A stretch of 64,000 bases of DNA from Octopus sinensis (taxonomy: Eukaryota): NCBI RefSeq assembly GCF_006345805.1, contig NC_043001.1, forward strand, positions 66,402,001 through 66,466,000. The letters are read 5' to 3'. Of the stretch, positions 11,761 through 25,419 are shown in pieces; position 1 is the first letter of the stretch, and every line of letters starts with the position of its first letter. The position numbers and the translations under genes are program-made. The notes under the pieces are model-generated. The model ran no database searches, had not been told where the DNA came from, and was given only the letters and a program-made list of their open reading frames with translations.

Positions 11761-12604
11761 TCTTCAGTCCTTCATCTTTTCACCCCTAATCTCTTTCCCT
11801 CCTCTTCCCTTCTTTCCCTTCTTCCCTCTTCTTTCTTCTTTCTTCTTCCCTCTTCCCCTTCTCTCTTTCTCTCTGCTCCCTCAGTCCCCTTCTCTCCCCC
11901 TCCCATCCTCCTCTCCCTACCACTCCCAGCAAGAGAGATAGAGAGGATCACACTAGCACTTAGCTGGTGAGTAGACTTGAGCAACATGAAATGATGTGCT
12001 TTGCTCAAGGACCCAATGTGTTATCCAATTCAAGAACTGAAACCACAACCTTATGATTGTTAAGCCAATACACTAACCACTATGCAACATATATTCCTAT
12101 TAAACTAGTTATTTACTATTATTATAGTTTGCAGATTAAGTTATCTTTTATCTTTTATCCTTTACTTGTTTCTGTCATTAGACTGTGGTCATGCTGGGCC
12201 ACAATATGAAGGAATTTTTTTTTCTTGAATGAATCAACCCTTGTACTTATTTTCCTTTTTTAATTCTGGTACTTATTCTATTGGTCACTTTTAACTGCTA
12301 AATTATGGGGTTGTAAAGACAACAATTGGTGGTAGGGACATCTGTAGAGGTTAAAGACATACACACACATGCACGTGTGGAATATGGGTATTAAATTATG
12401 ATGATGATGATCAGAATGAGCTATATAGAGAGATAGTGAAACAGTCAGACAGATACATAATGTTGCATGTAGCAACATTGATTAAAATATATTTATGCAA
12501 GGTCACATTTAACATGTTCATATCTACGTCTATATTTTGTCTGTCTTTTTATCAACAATCTACTTATACACACACACACATATACATATCTCATATATAT
12601 ATAA

Positions 12605-12818
12605 AAGCGGCATGCTGGCAGAAACGTTAGCACACTGGGCGAAATGCTTAGCAGTATTTTGTCTGTCTTTACATTCTGAGTTCAAATTCCACTGAGGTCA
12701 ACATTGCCTTTCATCCTTTTGGGGTTGATAAATTGAGTACTCATTGCGTTCTGGGGTCAAACTAATCGACTGGCTTCCTCTCCCCAAAATTTCGGGCCTT
12801 GTGCCTAGAGTAGAAAAG

Positions 12819-12822
<4 letters not shown>
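12605..12822 (+). mobile_element. tRNA-derived SINE
   Basis: ctggcagaaacgttagc A-box-like head, gagttcaaattcc B-box-like motif; related head at 18316-18405. Confidence 0.7.
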
Positions 12823-12849
<27 letters not shown>

Positions 12850-12852
<3 letters not shown>

Positions 12853-13310
12853 AAGCAGTGGATGTGGTGTGCAAGAGAGATGTTTATGCTGGTATGGCCA
12901 TGTATATGGATGGATGAGGAGAGTTGTGTGAAGAAGTGCCACTCCCAAACAGTTGAAAGAATCCTGGGTTGAGGTAGACCCAGGAAGACATGGGATGAGG
13001 TAGTGAAGCATGACCATCAAAAGTTGGGCCTCATAGAGGCAATGACAAAAGACCGAGACCTCTGGAGATATGCTGTGACTGTGAAGACCTGGCAAATAAA
13101 GTGAGTTCACAGCTGTATCCTACACCGATTTTGCATAACCAACCCCAGCCCATTCAAAAGTACTTTGGATTGTAGGGTGACCTGCTGTGCTTGAGGAGAT
13201 CTATTGAGTCAAGTACATCAACATCAAAATAAATATCAAATGAAAATTGTAGTTGTGATACCCATGCTGGTGGCATGTAAAATGCACCATCCGAACACAG
13301 GACTGCATTG
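12850..13310 (+). mobile_element. RTE LINE ORF2 C-terminus and start of 3' UTR
   Basis: WYGHV..MDEESCVKKC..GRPRKTWDEVVKHD; homologous to 40460-40680. Confidence 0.8.
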
Positions 13311-13584
13311 GTACAGGCATATAATATGAGTGGATGATGGCAGCTGTATCAAAAGCCACTGAATGCTCAAAATGAATAAAGCAAATGGAAGAGGAAAACC
13401 TTGAAAGATGTATATATATAAAAATTCTTAATCCGTTTGTCTGTCCTTGTTTGTCCCCTCTGTGTTTAGCCCCTTGTGGGTAGTAAAGAAATATATATAT
13501 AAAAATTCATACACACACACACACACACACATGCACACACACACACAAATGCACATATGCATACACACACACAAATGCACACAT

Positions 13585-13615
<31 letters not shown>

Positions 13616-13659
13616 TATTGACAGGGTCCTAAGCTTTTGACAAGGTTTCCCAGTTTCTT

Positions 13660-14415
13660 ATCTGGTGAGGAATATGGAAGCTAAGGATAGATGAGTGGTT
13701 AGTGAGAGCTGTAAAATTCATGGACAGGGACACTATAAGTAAGGTGAAAGTTACCAATGTGTATAGCAAGGAATTTGCTGTACAAGTAGTTCACCAGGGA
13801 TTGGTTCTCAGCCCCCTCTTTTTTATCATAGTCCTCCAACCTGTAACAGGAATTTAAGATGGCTGCCCTTGGGAGCTCCTCTACGCTGATGACCTTGTTT
13901 TTATTGCTAAATTACTACCAGAACTAGAGAATAAATTTCAGATACAGAAGCAAGGCCTGAAATCGAAGGGTCTAAGAATTGATTTAGCAAAGACCAAAGT
14001 CCTAATGAGTAGGGAAACAGACAAGTCCCTGCTCCCTTCAGGGAGATGGCTGGGTTCAATATGTAGAAAAGGTGTTGGGAGAAACTCCATATAGAGTACC
14101 CAGTGGTAAGCTATGGACACATGAGAGGTGCAGTGGTATCACTGGAAGACTAACAGAGAAAGTAGCCCTTACATGTGGAAGGTGTGCAGGTATATTAAAC
14201 ACCAGAAGTGTACAAAAAATAGACTCCTTCAAATGCTAGTGGGGATTCTTAGAAGTAGCAGACAGTTTCAGTTACTTAGGTAATCAAGTTAACTGTGGTG
14301 GAAGTTACTCTGAAAGCATAGCTGCTAGAATAAGAATAGGCTGGACAAAGTTCAGAGAGCTACTAGCTCTGTTAATAATGAAAGGTCTCTCCCTCAGAGT
14401 GAAAGGTATATTGTA
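13660..14415 (+). mobile_element. RTE LINE reverse transcriptase fragment, decayed
   Basis: VHQGLVLSPL, CPWELLYADDL and GLRIDLAKTKV motifs with stops. Confidence 0.85.
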
Positions 14416-14489
14416 GGAAAGGTAAGTTGTATGAAAGGCAAATTGTCCAGTTTCTCTCGATTGAAAAGAACTTCTGTCAGGACCCTAAA

Positions 14490-15012
14490 CAACAGGTGGC
14501 TTGCCTACAATCTATTGTGATGTCCTACATATCATGAAAACCAAATTCCATATAATTGTGATGGTCTTGGGTATCTGTTAAGGGTGATATGCCACTCTAC
14601 ATCTTTGAACAGAGCCTTAGGCTCGATTCAGACAGCTATGTGAAGCTGCTAGAGACTATGGTCAAACCCTGGCTAGAGAGGATTGCTGCTGAAAGGTTGT
14701 GTGTGGTAGCAGAATTCAGCTCCTTGCACACCTCCGGAAAGAGTCAGAAGTGGTTGTTGGTGAATTTTTATAACTTCCCAAGTCTCAACTACTGGCCTTC
14801 TAATTTTCCCAACTATAATTCCATGGATTAGTATATGCAGGGTGTAGTTGGGAAAGTCACCAGCTACTCTGCCTGCAACACCAAGGCTGAGCTTAGTGAC
14901 TAAGATCAAGAAAGTATGTGAAGATCTTTGCAGGGGCATAGTGGGGAATGCACGCACCAGGTTCTGGAGCCATCTTGAGAGCATGGAAGCTGAGGATGGC
15001 TACTTTGAGTAA
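14490..15012 (+). mobile_element. Tc1/mariner-superfamily (maT/DD37D-like) transposase C-terminal remnant
   Basis: MPLYIFEQSLRL..YVKLLETMVKPWL..HTSGKSQKWL..WPSNFPNYNSMD resembles the WPPNSPDCNP catalytic region. Confidence 0.7.
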
Positions 15013-15191
15013 ACTGTCATCTCACAACCATAATCCAGTTTATAGTTTTTGATTCTTTAAAATACCTTTATTTTTGGATGGGATATTGTGTTTTCTCTTC
15101 CTTTTATGCAAAATCTGTCAAATTTAGCCCAAGCACCTAAAATATATATATATATATAAAATATAGAATATGAATATATATATATATATAT

Positions 15192-15495
15192 ATCATCATC
15201 ATCATCATCATCATCGTTTAGCGTCTGCTTTCCATGCTAGCATGGGTTGGATGGTTCAACTGGGGTCTGTGAAGCCAGAAGGCTGCATCAGGCCCAGTCT
15301 GATCTGGCAGTGTTTCTACGGCTGGATGCCCTTCCTAACGCCAACTACTCCGTGAGTGTAGTGGGTGCTTTTTACGTGCCACCCGCACAGGTGCCAGACG
15401 GAGCTGGCAAACGGCCACGGACGGATGGTGCTTTTTACGTACAACCGGCACGGGGGCCAGGCGAGGCTGGCAACGGCCACGATCGGATGGTGCTT
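15192..15495 (-). mobile_element. RTE 3'-tail fragment
   Basis: (CAT)n followed by the tail consensus, flanked by (TA)n. Confidence 0.85.
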
Positions 15496-16524
15496 ATATA
15501 TATATATATATATAAATTTAAAATTGAGGATAAAATCTTTATAAGAAATTATCAGTAGTTAGCGTGAAAAACCTCGTAAGAGAAAAAATTCGTAAATTTT
15601 TCCACTTTGAAAATATTTATTGAGGGTACTACTATTCATAGATACCGCATGCTAAGAGGGACCAATGTGGTCAAAACTACTAAAATAAACAAAATTTTAC
15701 CGAAAGTATTTAAAAAAAACAAAATTTCTTTTTTTAAATGACTTGCTTTGAAGTTTTGCATTCGGTAAAATTTTGTTTATTTTAGTAGTTTTGACCGCAT
15801 TGGTCCCTCTTAGCGTGCGGTATCTATGAATAGTAGTACCCTCAATATAATATATATATATATATTCAGCTACATATATAAGTTCTTGTACATATGATTA
15901 TAGATATAAGCAAATAAGCATGTGTGTATGTTGAATTTGTATGTATGCATGTACATTCTCTGCCACCCGCTAATACTTATTGTTCAAGAATGTGTACATA
16001 CAGACAAAGACATACATATATACCTACATACATACATAGATTAAGATATATATATATATATATATACACATATATATTTGTATATGCACATACGTGTGCT
16101 TGTGCCATTTTCCAACTATCCTAAAAGAAATAGAGTACAAAAATATCAGGCTAAATTTGACATTGTAATATTAATATTCCTAGTTCCCACACTTGTGAAC
16201 AGTAGAGACATTATAAATAGTTGTAAAACTTGTATTTGCAGTGACACCATTAAATGGATAGTAAACAGGTGATAGATGCATACATACATATATGTATACA
16301 TGCACATACACGTATATCTATACATGTACTTATGCATATATACATAAATATACACATGCATACATATATAGACATACACCCACTTTATATATATAAATAC
16401 CGAAATCCCTTGACTATTATGGGTGTTACGTTCCAAAACCTCCCACAAAAATAATTAAAATATTAAAAAATATAAATACCTATTTGCCACAGAAACCCAT
16501 GATATACTGAGGAGTCCACAAAAG

Positions 16525-16583
16525 GCACAGAAGTATATTTTAGAGAATGTTTAATAAACGTTCTCTAAAATATACTTCTGTGC
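16525..16583. repeat. 29-bp-arm hairpin inside a probable Tc1/pogo-type MITE remnant (about 16400-16660)
   Basis: gcacagaagtatattttagagaatgttta-a-taaacgttctctaaaatatacttctgtgc. Confidence 0.75.
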
Positions 16584-16903
16584 GTTTTGCAACTTCATTT
16601 ACATTTTTAAACTGTAATTTTTCATTTGTGTGGGCTTCTAACCACTTTTCATCTATACATTTATATATATATATATATATATATATAAATGTATTATGTG
16701 AAATAGAAAGATGAATAATCTTGTTGCAGATTAATCAAAAGTTTAACCGATACCTTGGTAGCAAAAATCACAGCAGAAGACAGCACGGTTGGAGGTACAA
16801 CCATATGGTGTTGCAACCGTGCGTTGGTGCGGATAATTGAATTTTAATATTATTAGTGAATTGAAGAAATGGAGTTGAACGAAGATTGAACAGAAATCGT
16901 TTT

Positions 16904-16994
16904 ATTTCATTCTACACGTGTTTCGAAAGGCACAATTTACCAAATTCCGATTGAAAAATGAGACCATATTGTGTCTTTCTCTTCAGGAAGAAAT
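16904..16994 (-). ncRNA. Type I hammerhead ribozyme, intact consensus core
   Basis: Mirror copy of 18123-18213. Confidence 0.85.
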
Positions 16995-18122
16995 AGGAAA
17001 TCCATTGGAAAAAACAAAAACAGAACAGAGGCGGAGCAAAACAAATCGAACGAGGCTCCTAAGAGCCCATGGCCAAACTGTTTATCAATGTATGTTGAAA
17101 ACAGGTGGTGGGTGCGTTGAAGATTTTAACGGGTCAGGCAGCGGTCATTCCGGTGGGTGAGGGCACGGGGTGGGTAGATGTTCTTTGTGACCGAGAGTAA
17201 AGTTCTGACTATTTAAAGAATATTAGGTGTATTATATGGGGCGAGACAAAATCTACTTAGAGACATGTGTGTGTGTGCTGTTCTATATATATGTGTGCGG
17301 GCGCAAGTTGGTAAGAAGCGCTACATTCTGGTCACTGCTGAGAAATCCATCAAGGGGTAGAAAATATTTTATGTGTACGTGTGTGCGTTTGATCGCGCGG
17401 CTGTCAGTTGGTAAACAGCTCTACACAATGGTCACTGCTGTAAAATCCGTCGTGCGGCAGAAAAATATTTTATGTGTGCGTGTGTTCGTCTAATCATGCC
17501 TTGTCAAAGAAACCCCCCGTCGTCAAAACAAAGCACCATTCATCACCCAGGAGTAATTCCCCTTGCAATGGTTAATCATATTTCAGAATTTATTACCAAG
17601 GGCTATTTTCATATAAGTAGTGTAACCGGGTGCAGGTATTATTAATAAGCGTTATTTATAAGCAAGACGGATTTTACAGCAGTGACCATTGTGTAGAGCT
17701 GTTTACCAACTGACAGCCGCGCGATCAAACGCACACACGTACACATAAAATATTTTCTACCTCTTGACGGATTTCTCAGCAGTGACCAGAATGTAGCGCT
17801 TCTTACCAACTTGCGCCCGCACACATATATATAGAACAGCACACACACACATGTCTCTAAGTAGATTTTGTCTCGCCCCATATAATACACCTAATATTCT
17901 TTAAATAGTCAGAACTTTACTCTCGGTCACAAAGAACATCTACCCACCCCGTGCCCTCACCCACCGGAATGACCGCTGCCTGACCCGTTAAAATCTTCAA
18001 CGCACCCACCACCCGTTTTCAACATACATTGATAAACAGTTTGGCCATGGGCTCTTAGGAGCCTCGTTCGATTTGTTTTGCTCTGCCTCTGTTCTGTTTT
18101 TGTTTTTTCCAATGGATTTCCT

Positions 18123-18213
18123 ATTTCTTCCTGAAGAGAAAGACACAATATGGTCTCATTATTCAATCGGAATTTGGTAAATTGTGCCTTTCGAAACACG
18201 TGTAGAATGAAAT
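18123..18213 (+). ncRNA. Type I hammerhead ribozyme, intact consensus core
   Basis: atttcttc CTGAAGA gaaagacacaat...attgtgcctttc GAAAC acgt GTA gaatgaaat; 11/12-bp stem II, palindromic ACACGTGT stem III. Confidence 0.85.
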
Positions 18214-18408
18214 AAAACGATTTCTGTTCAATCTTCGTTCAAATCCATTTCTTCAATTCACTAATAATATTAAAATTCAAATATATATAAATGTATATAT
18301 ATACATATATATATGTGGAGGCGACGGGCTGGCAGAATCGTTAGCACGCCGGGCGAAATGCTTAGCAGTATTTTGTCTGCCACTATGTTCTGAGTTAAAA
18401 TTAAAAGT

Positions 18409-18705
18409 CGAGGCACAATGGCCCAGTGGTTAGGGCAGCAGACTTGCGGTTTTGATTCCTAGACCGGGCGTTGTGAGTGGTTATCGAGCGAAAACACGTA
18501 AAAAGCTCCATGAGGCTCCGGCAGGGGGTGGTGGTGATCCCTGCTGTACTCTTTCGCCACAACTTTCTCTCACTCTTTCTTCTGTTGGCCTGCTTGCTTA
18601 GCCAGCAGGGTGGTGTCATTTGAAGGCTAAAACAATGTGAAGCGCATTGTGACCGGCGATGTGTAACAACATCTGATCGCCTGGTTGGTCACGTGATCAC
18701 TTGAT
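18409..18705 (+). mobile_element. tRNA-derived SINE (second family) following a truncated SINE head at 18316-18405
   Basis: tggcccagtggttagggcagc A box, degenerate B box. Confidence 0.6.
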
Positions 18706-18785
18706 ATATATATATAGATATATGTATGTATGTATGTATGTATGCATGTATGTATATATATATATATATATGTATGTATATATCA

Positions 18786-20545
18786 ATATCATCATCATCA
18801 TCGTTTAACGTCCGTTTTCCATGCTAGCATGGGTTGGGCGATTCAACTGCGAAGCCAGGAGGCTGCACCAGGCTCCAGTCTTATCTGGCAGTGTTTCTAC
18901 AGCTGGATGCCCTTCCTAACGCCAACCACTTCGTGAGTGTAGTGGGTGCTTTTTATGTGCCACCAGCACAGGTGCCAGGGGAGGCTGGTAGTGGCCACGA
19001 TCAGTTGGTGCTTTTTACATGCCACCAGCACAAAAGCCAGTCGAGGCGGCGCTGGCATCAGCCACATTCAGATGGTGGCTGGCAGCGGCCACGTTCAGTT
19101 GGTGCTTTTTACATGCCACCGGCACAGAAGCCAGTCAAGGCGGTGCTGGCATCGGCCAGGTTCGGATGGTGCTTTTTACGTGCCACTGGCACAGGTATCA
19201 CAACTACAATTTCCATTTGATATTTATTTTGATGTTGATGTACTTGACTCGATAGGTTTCCTCAAGCACAGCAGGTCACCCTACAATCCAAGGTAAGCAC
19301 AGCAGGCCGTTCTGCAATCCAAGATACTTTGGACAGGCTGGGCCTATGCGAAACTGGTGCAGGAAACAGCTATGAACTCACATTATTTGTCGGGTCTTTG
19401 CAGTCACAGCATATCTCCAGAGATCTCGGTCTTTCGTCATTGCCTCTGTGAGGCCCAACATTCGAAGGTCATGCTTGACCACCTCATCCCAATCTTCCTG
19501 GGTCAACTTCTTCCCCCGGATACCTTCAACTGTTTGGGAGTGGTACTTCTTCACACATCTCTCCTCATCCATCTGCAGTACATGACCATACCAGCATAAA
19601 CGTCTCTCCTGCACAGCACATCTGATGCTTCTTATGTCCAGCATTTCTCTCAGGGCACTTACACTCTGTCATGTGTGCACACTGACATTACACATCCAGC
19701 GGATCATGCTAGCTTCATTTCTTTCAAGCCTACGCATGTCCTCTGCAGTCACAACCCATGTCTCACTACCATGAAGCATGGCAGTTCGTACACATGCATC
19801 GTACAATCTACCTTTCACTCTGAGCGAGAGACCCTTTGTCACCAGTAGTGGTAGAAGCCTTCTAAACTTTGCCCAGGCTATTTGTATTCTAGTGGTGACA
19901 CTCTCTGAGCATCCACCCCCACTACTAACTTGGTGACCTAGGTAGCGGAAGGTATCAACTACACTGGAGTGTGATGGAATCTGTTTTCTAAGTATCTGTG
20001 GTGTCTATTGCCCCTGTGCATCTGCTGCACACAAAAGCTATCTTCTTGGTTAATTTTCCTTTGATGTTGCTGCACCTCTTATGCGTCCATAGCTTACACT
20101 GGGTACATCTTATGGAGTTTCTACCTACACCTTTTCTACAGATCGAGCAGGGCCACCTACCTGATGGGGTGTGTGATGAGTTTGCCTTCTTGCTTACTAT
20201 AACTTTGATCTTTGCTACATTTACTCTAAGGCCTTTTGATTCTAAACCTAGCTTCCACACACGAAATTTCTTCTCTAGTTCCGGTAGTGATTCTGCTATG
20301 AGGGCCAGGTCATCAGTATAGAGGATCTCCCTGGGGCAACCCGTCTTGAATTCCTCTGTTATTGCCTGGAGGACTATGATGAATAGAAGGGGACTGAGGG
20401 CTGAACCTTGGTGGACCCCTACTTCTACCCGAAATTCTTCACTATACTCGTTGCCAATCCTAACCTTACTAACAGCCTCTCTGCATAGGGCCTCTACAGC
20501 CTTTATCAACCATTCGTCAATCTCCAGTTTCTGCATATATATATA
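18786..20545 (-). mobile_element. 5'-truncated RTE LINE (RT, Cys-rich region, C-terminus, 3' UTR)
   Basis: ORF 19988..20536: VGVHQGSALSPLLF, ILYTDDL, CSICRKG..CTQCKLWTHKRC; ORF 19378..19644 is the C-terminus; (CAT)n tail at 18786. Confidence 0.92.
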
Positions 20546-20754
20546 TTCATCACAGAACAGTACATTATATATATATCATCATCATCATCTAACATCTATT
20601 TTCCATGCTGGCATGGGTTGGTTAGTTTGACAGGAGCTGGGAAGGCCAGGGGCTGTGCAGGCTTCATTGTTTGTTCTGGATGTCCTTTCCTGAGTGTACT
20701 GAATATTTTTCACATGGCACTAGCACTAGTATGCTTTATGTAGCATCAGCACAA

Positions 20755-20912
20755 GAGGAGGAGGAGGAGGAGGAAGAAGAAGAAGAAGAAGAAGAAGAAG
20801 AAGAAGAAGAAGAAGAAGAAGAAGAGAAGAAGAAGAAGAAGAAGAAGAAGAAGAAGAAGAAGAAGAAGAAGAAGAAGAAGAAGAAGAAGAAGAAGAAGAA
20901 GAAGAAGAAGAA
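20755..20912. repeat. (GAG)n(GAA)n purine tract
   Basis: Directly visible, about 50 triplets. Confidence 0.97.
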
Positions 20913-22369
20913 GATTTTAATAGTAATGATTTACAATAGACACAAAAATACACATTTTTTAAGCAAGTAGAATTTGGTTAAAATAAACAGAAACACTTAG
21001 GTGCTTATTATTTTATTGATCCTGGATGAAATAAAAGTCAACAACAGTGAAATTTGAACTTACAATGTAGTGGGAACATCACAAATGGAAAGAAAGTTTT
21101 CTGTAAGAAACTCAATTGATTTTCGACAAATTATGGAAATGGATCACTTGAGTATTGCATAAAACTTTAAATTCTTGTTTATATTTTTCTTGAGATATTG
21201 GTTGTTTTGCTTCAGATAAGCCTTGATTAAAAACACCTATGGACAAAGTGCACTCCAGCCCTCTACATCCCATCTTTTCAGGCAAGTATATCTATGATTA
21301 CATTGACAACTGTATCCTCTTTAATATGTGTTGTGTATGATTTTAGGGAAAATTAGTTGATCTTTTTAGCAGCTCAAACAACTATGAAGAGGCTTTTCCT
21401 TAAAGCCTTTTGGATTTATTGGAGAGAAGAAATAGGAAGATTTGATGTATCTACAGTAGTTAAATGAAACATATCATTTGAAAACTAAAATCAAATGACA
21501 CAGCTTGATGATACTCCTTTCCTATAACTAAATCTATCCAACATTATCTATAAATTCTATTTAATATTGTTTATTATATCTTGTCTTGATTAACAGACGA
21601 AAGTATTTTTCTCCTGACGAAAGATGACTTCAAACTTTATGTTGTTATTTTTCCCCCTGACTTCACATATTATATTATACAACTTCATAAAACACACAAA
21701 CACACATGAAACAGTTGTTAAGAAAAACTCAAACTTTCTGCTCCTTATTGAAAAAGAATAATCCTGTAAGGATCAAATTTTATTCTACTGAATAATCCTT
21801 AAAATATATACTTTATATCGTCACCAATGTACAATAAGATCTTATTACTGTAAATCACCTAGCAACGTCTTTCATTCTTAGATCTTTTCAAGTATCCAAA
21901 ATTCCTTAAGCCATCCCTAAATTGCTAGATGCCAGTATGTGTCTATGACAAAGTTGCATTTACTCTTGACATAAGAATCTCTTTATATAATATTGCATTT
22001 CCTATATAATTTCTTTAACCATATTATTTAGCTTGATTCTCACACCACATTCATCTACCTTTGATCTCACTAGATTTGAAGTTAAAATCTTTTTCTAGGC
22101 TTATCACTTTTCTTTTGCTTAGTAAGGGTTTGAAAACCCATCAAGAAATAAGTCTATGAGTTCAAGGGTTTGCTGTCAACAGCCAAAATATATTTAGTGA
22201 AGCCATTAAATTGTACTTTGATCTTTAATAAACATGCAAAAATAACATTTACATGACAGAAACTTCACTGGTATCAGTATCACCTTAGTCTAATTTCTTT
22301 ATGGTGGTCTCAGCTTTCATTGTGTTGTTAGTGCAATGTATCACAAACTTCAAATGGGACTGGATATGG

Positions 22370-24255
22370 ATCTGTGAAGGGAAATATCCGAAAAGGGTGT
22401 TACCAGAGAGAAAGATTGATTCTGAAGATGGAATTAGACTCCAAAAGACTGTATAGAAGTCATAATCAGCCTGGTTGTCCCCATTGTAAGTTGAACTTCA
22501 ATGTAATAGACTAGTCCTTTGAAGGCTTGCGTCATCCAAAAGTTTATGTAAACGGGTTTTATTTACCTGCAAAAGAAGTTGACAGAGTGTTTATAGATAA
22601 CAAAACAATATTGAACATTATGTTATTAAGTGGAAATCATAAAACTTGCATTGCTGACGTGCCAAAAAGTGCAGCCCTGAATTCTGAAAGAATTCTAAGA
22701 ACTTTCACTATTCTTCCAATTCTGTCTTGACAATGGTGTTACTCCAGAGCAGTGGAAAACTGCCAGTGTTATCCCTCTGTTCAAAAAGGTGACCGCACAT
22801 CGCCTGTCAACTATCGCCCTGTTAGTCTTACTAGCTGCATCACCAAACTGATGGAATCCTGTGTCAGGGAAACCCTCTGGAACTTCTGGAAGTCTCACAG
22901 CCTCTTCCAGCTGTCACAATTTGGATTTATTCCTAACTCCAGCTGCTGTAATCAACTCATTGAGTTTCTGGAGGACATTACCCAAATCACTGATCGTGGA
23001 TCCTGGGTGGATGTTATTTACCTGGACTTTGCTAAGGCTTTTAACTCTGTGCCACACAAAAGACTTATGATGAAACTCTCTGTGTTGGGTGTAAGAGACG
23101 ATCTCTATAACTGGTTGAAGTCCTTTATTATCGGCCGAAAAGAGGTTGTCACAGTTCTAGGATAGCACTTTTCACCCTATGAGATGACATCTAGTGTACC
23201 ACAGGGATCTGTTCTTGCCTCCCTTTTATTAGTTGCATGTGTTAATGACGCAGATGGCAACTTAAAGAATGCCACAGTGCTGAAATATGTAGATGACATC
23301 AAGCTGTACCTCGAAATAAAGAGGTCAGATCCTGTACACTATAGATCTCTATTGCAATCAGACCTGGACACAATGCAGCAGTGAATCATGGACTGGCAAC
23401 TCAAGCTGGCTGTGGACAAATGTACCACCATGCATTTTGGGAGGAAAAACCCAGCGTCTACTTACTCCCTCCACAACACTAATCTCAAAAAGTCTTCGTG
23501 TGAACGTGACCTGGGCGTTATTGTCGACAGCGATTTGCGTTGGACAAAACACATCGCTAAAATTGCCAAGAAGGCTGAGGGTGTCTTGGCATCACTCACC
23601 AAGTCCTTTGTGAGCTGCTCTCCAGCTATCTATCTGCGGCTTTATATAGCTATGGTATGACCTCACCTTGAATTTGCATCACCGGTCTGGAACCCCTATC
23701 TTGCCCAGGATATTAATCATCTGGAAGCCGTTCAGCGATGTGCAACCAAGAGAATACCTTCCATCAGGCATTTGCCATATTCTGAATGCCTTACTTCCCT
23801 GGGCATGGACACATTGAAACTCCAACGTCTGGTAGCTGACTTGGCAGACACCCATAAAATTATTAACCATCTTACAAACAATAACTCTGAGCACCTTTTC
23901 AAACTCCACCTGTCTAACACCCGTGGACATGTTTACAAAGTCAGAAAACAGCACAGCTCCCATGACTTTCAGAAACATTTTTTCACACTAGGAGTTACTG
24001 AAGCATGGAACAGACTGCCGGCATCAATTGTTAGTTGTCGGAGCACTGCATCCTGCAAAACTTCCATGCTTCCTGAGATTCGCCAACACTACACCTGATT
24101 TTCTGCCCTCCATACACACGCAAGCATGTATCTGACTCATACACTGTTTGCTTTCCAGACATTTGTACATTCTGCATATACTTTATACACACTTTTTGAC
24201 AAGTTGTGGTGCACCTGAGCACTGTATACAATAATTTCATTATTATTATTATTTT
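22370..24255 (+). mobile_element. CR1-group LINE, 5'-truncated, RT domain with stops and frameshifts
   Basis: NYRPVSLTSC, QFGF, YLDFAKAFNSVPH, VPQGSVL, YVDDIKLY, LAVDKC; (ATT)n tail at about 24239. Confidence 0.92.
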
Positions 24256-24831
24256 ATTTTTTAAATACTTTGAGATTTGAAGAGGTTTGTTATCACCAAT
24301 CCTCAAGACAACACTTCTGCTTTCTATCTTTTCAATGTACCATAGTGATCTGTAGATAAAATTAGGGTATTTGGGTGTGCCTCTAGGCTTCGTCGGAGAG
24401 TTTATAACTACAACTTAGAAAAATAACTTCTCCGGTCCCTTCTGATATTTTATCCCTTATTAGAAATTGATCCTTATATCTTTTGACATAGAATTTCCTC
24501 CTGTATTGCCCATATATTTTGGTAAATACACAGTTAATTCCCTAATTAGAAGGATACATGTACTACTTTTATTATATGCGATTTTATACCTTTGTAATAG
24601 CTTATTTCTTGTAAACAATGTAGTAAAACTACATCTCCTTAGTCATATAACTCTAACCTATTATTTTATACTCACTAACCCATCCACTCATCAACTTTTT
24701 ACTTATATAATTCTAAATTTAAGCTAATTTAATTTAATTTAATTTAATCTAATCAAATCAAGTCTCAATATCAATTTTTACTCCACTACCTGCCCATAGT
24801 TAACCATGACTTATTTGTTTTTATGTTTTCA

Positions 24832-24870
<39 letters not shown>

Positions 24871-25292
24871 TTTTTTTATATAGTTTGTATATGTTATCTG
24901 TTAACCACTAACCAACCATAGCAGCATCATGGGCTTTCAAAAAAAATTAGCTGACCAATTAGATTATGGGAATGACCAAAATCCCCTCCCCATTACCCAT
25001 AGGGATTCAGCAACTTGTTTAACAAAAAAATAACGGAAAAAATAACAGAAGTTAATACAGTATCTTGGTAACTGTCTAAAGATTTACCTCCTTTACTACC
25101 TTTAGTACCAACTGCTATCATAACTATTAATATAAACTTTCACCCCCGAATGGAAACCACGATCTCAGGCGCTCAACTATAAACACATCGTATGTTTCTG
25201 TATATGTTTATATTTATATGCAGGTAAAATACCAACCACTGCAGGAATACACCTCCTCCTAAAGCATGAAATATATGTGTGTATATGTGTGC

Positions 25293-25331
<39 letters not shown>

Positions 25332-25339
25332 TGTATGTG

Positions 25340-25383
<44 letters not shown>

Positions 25384-25419
25384 TATATATATAATAGGAA
25401 CATAGAACTAGCCAATAAG

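Larger units (their letters stand above)
16837..18280. mobile_element. Head-to-head PLE pseudo-LTR doublet (615-bp near-identical inverted arms, 214-bp spacer)
   Basis: Arms 16837-17451 and 17666-18280 differ at only a handful of sites; homologous to the 3' tail of the PLE at 53480-54212. Confidence 0.9.

Noticed and set aside
21619-21725. CTGACGA...GAAAC agtt GTT hammerhead-like spacing
   Set aside because: Stem II cannot be paired convincingly; at best a very old relic.
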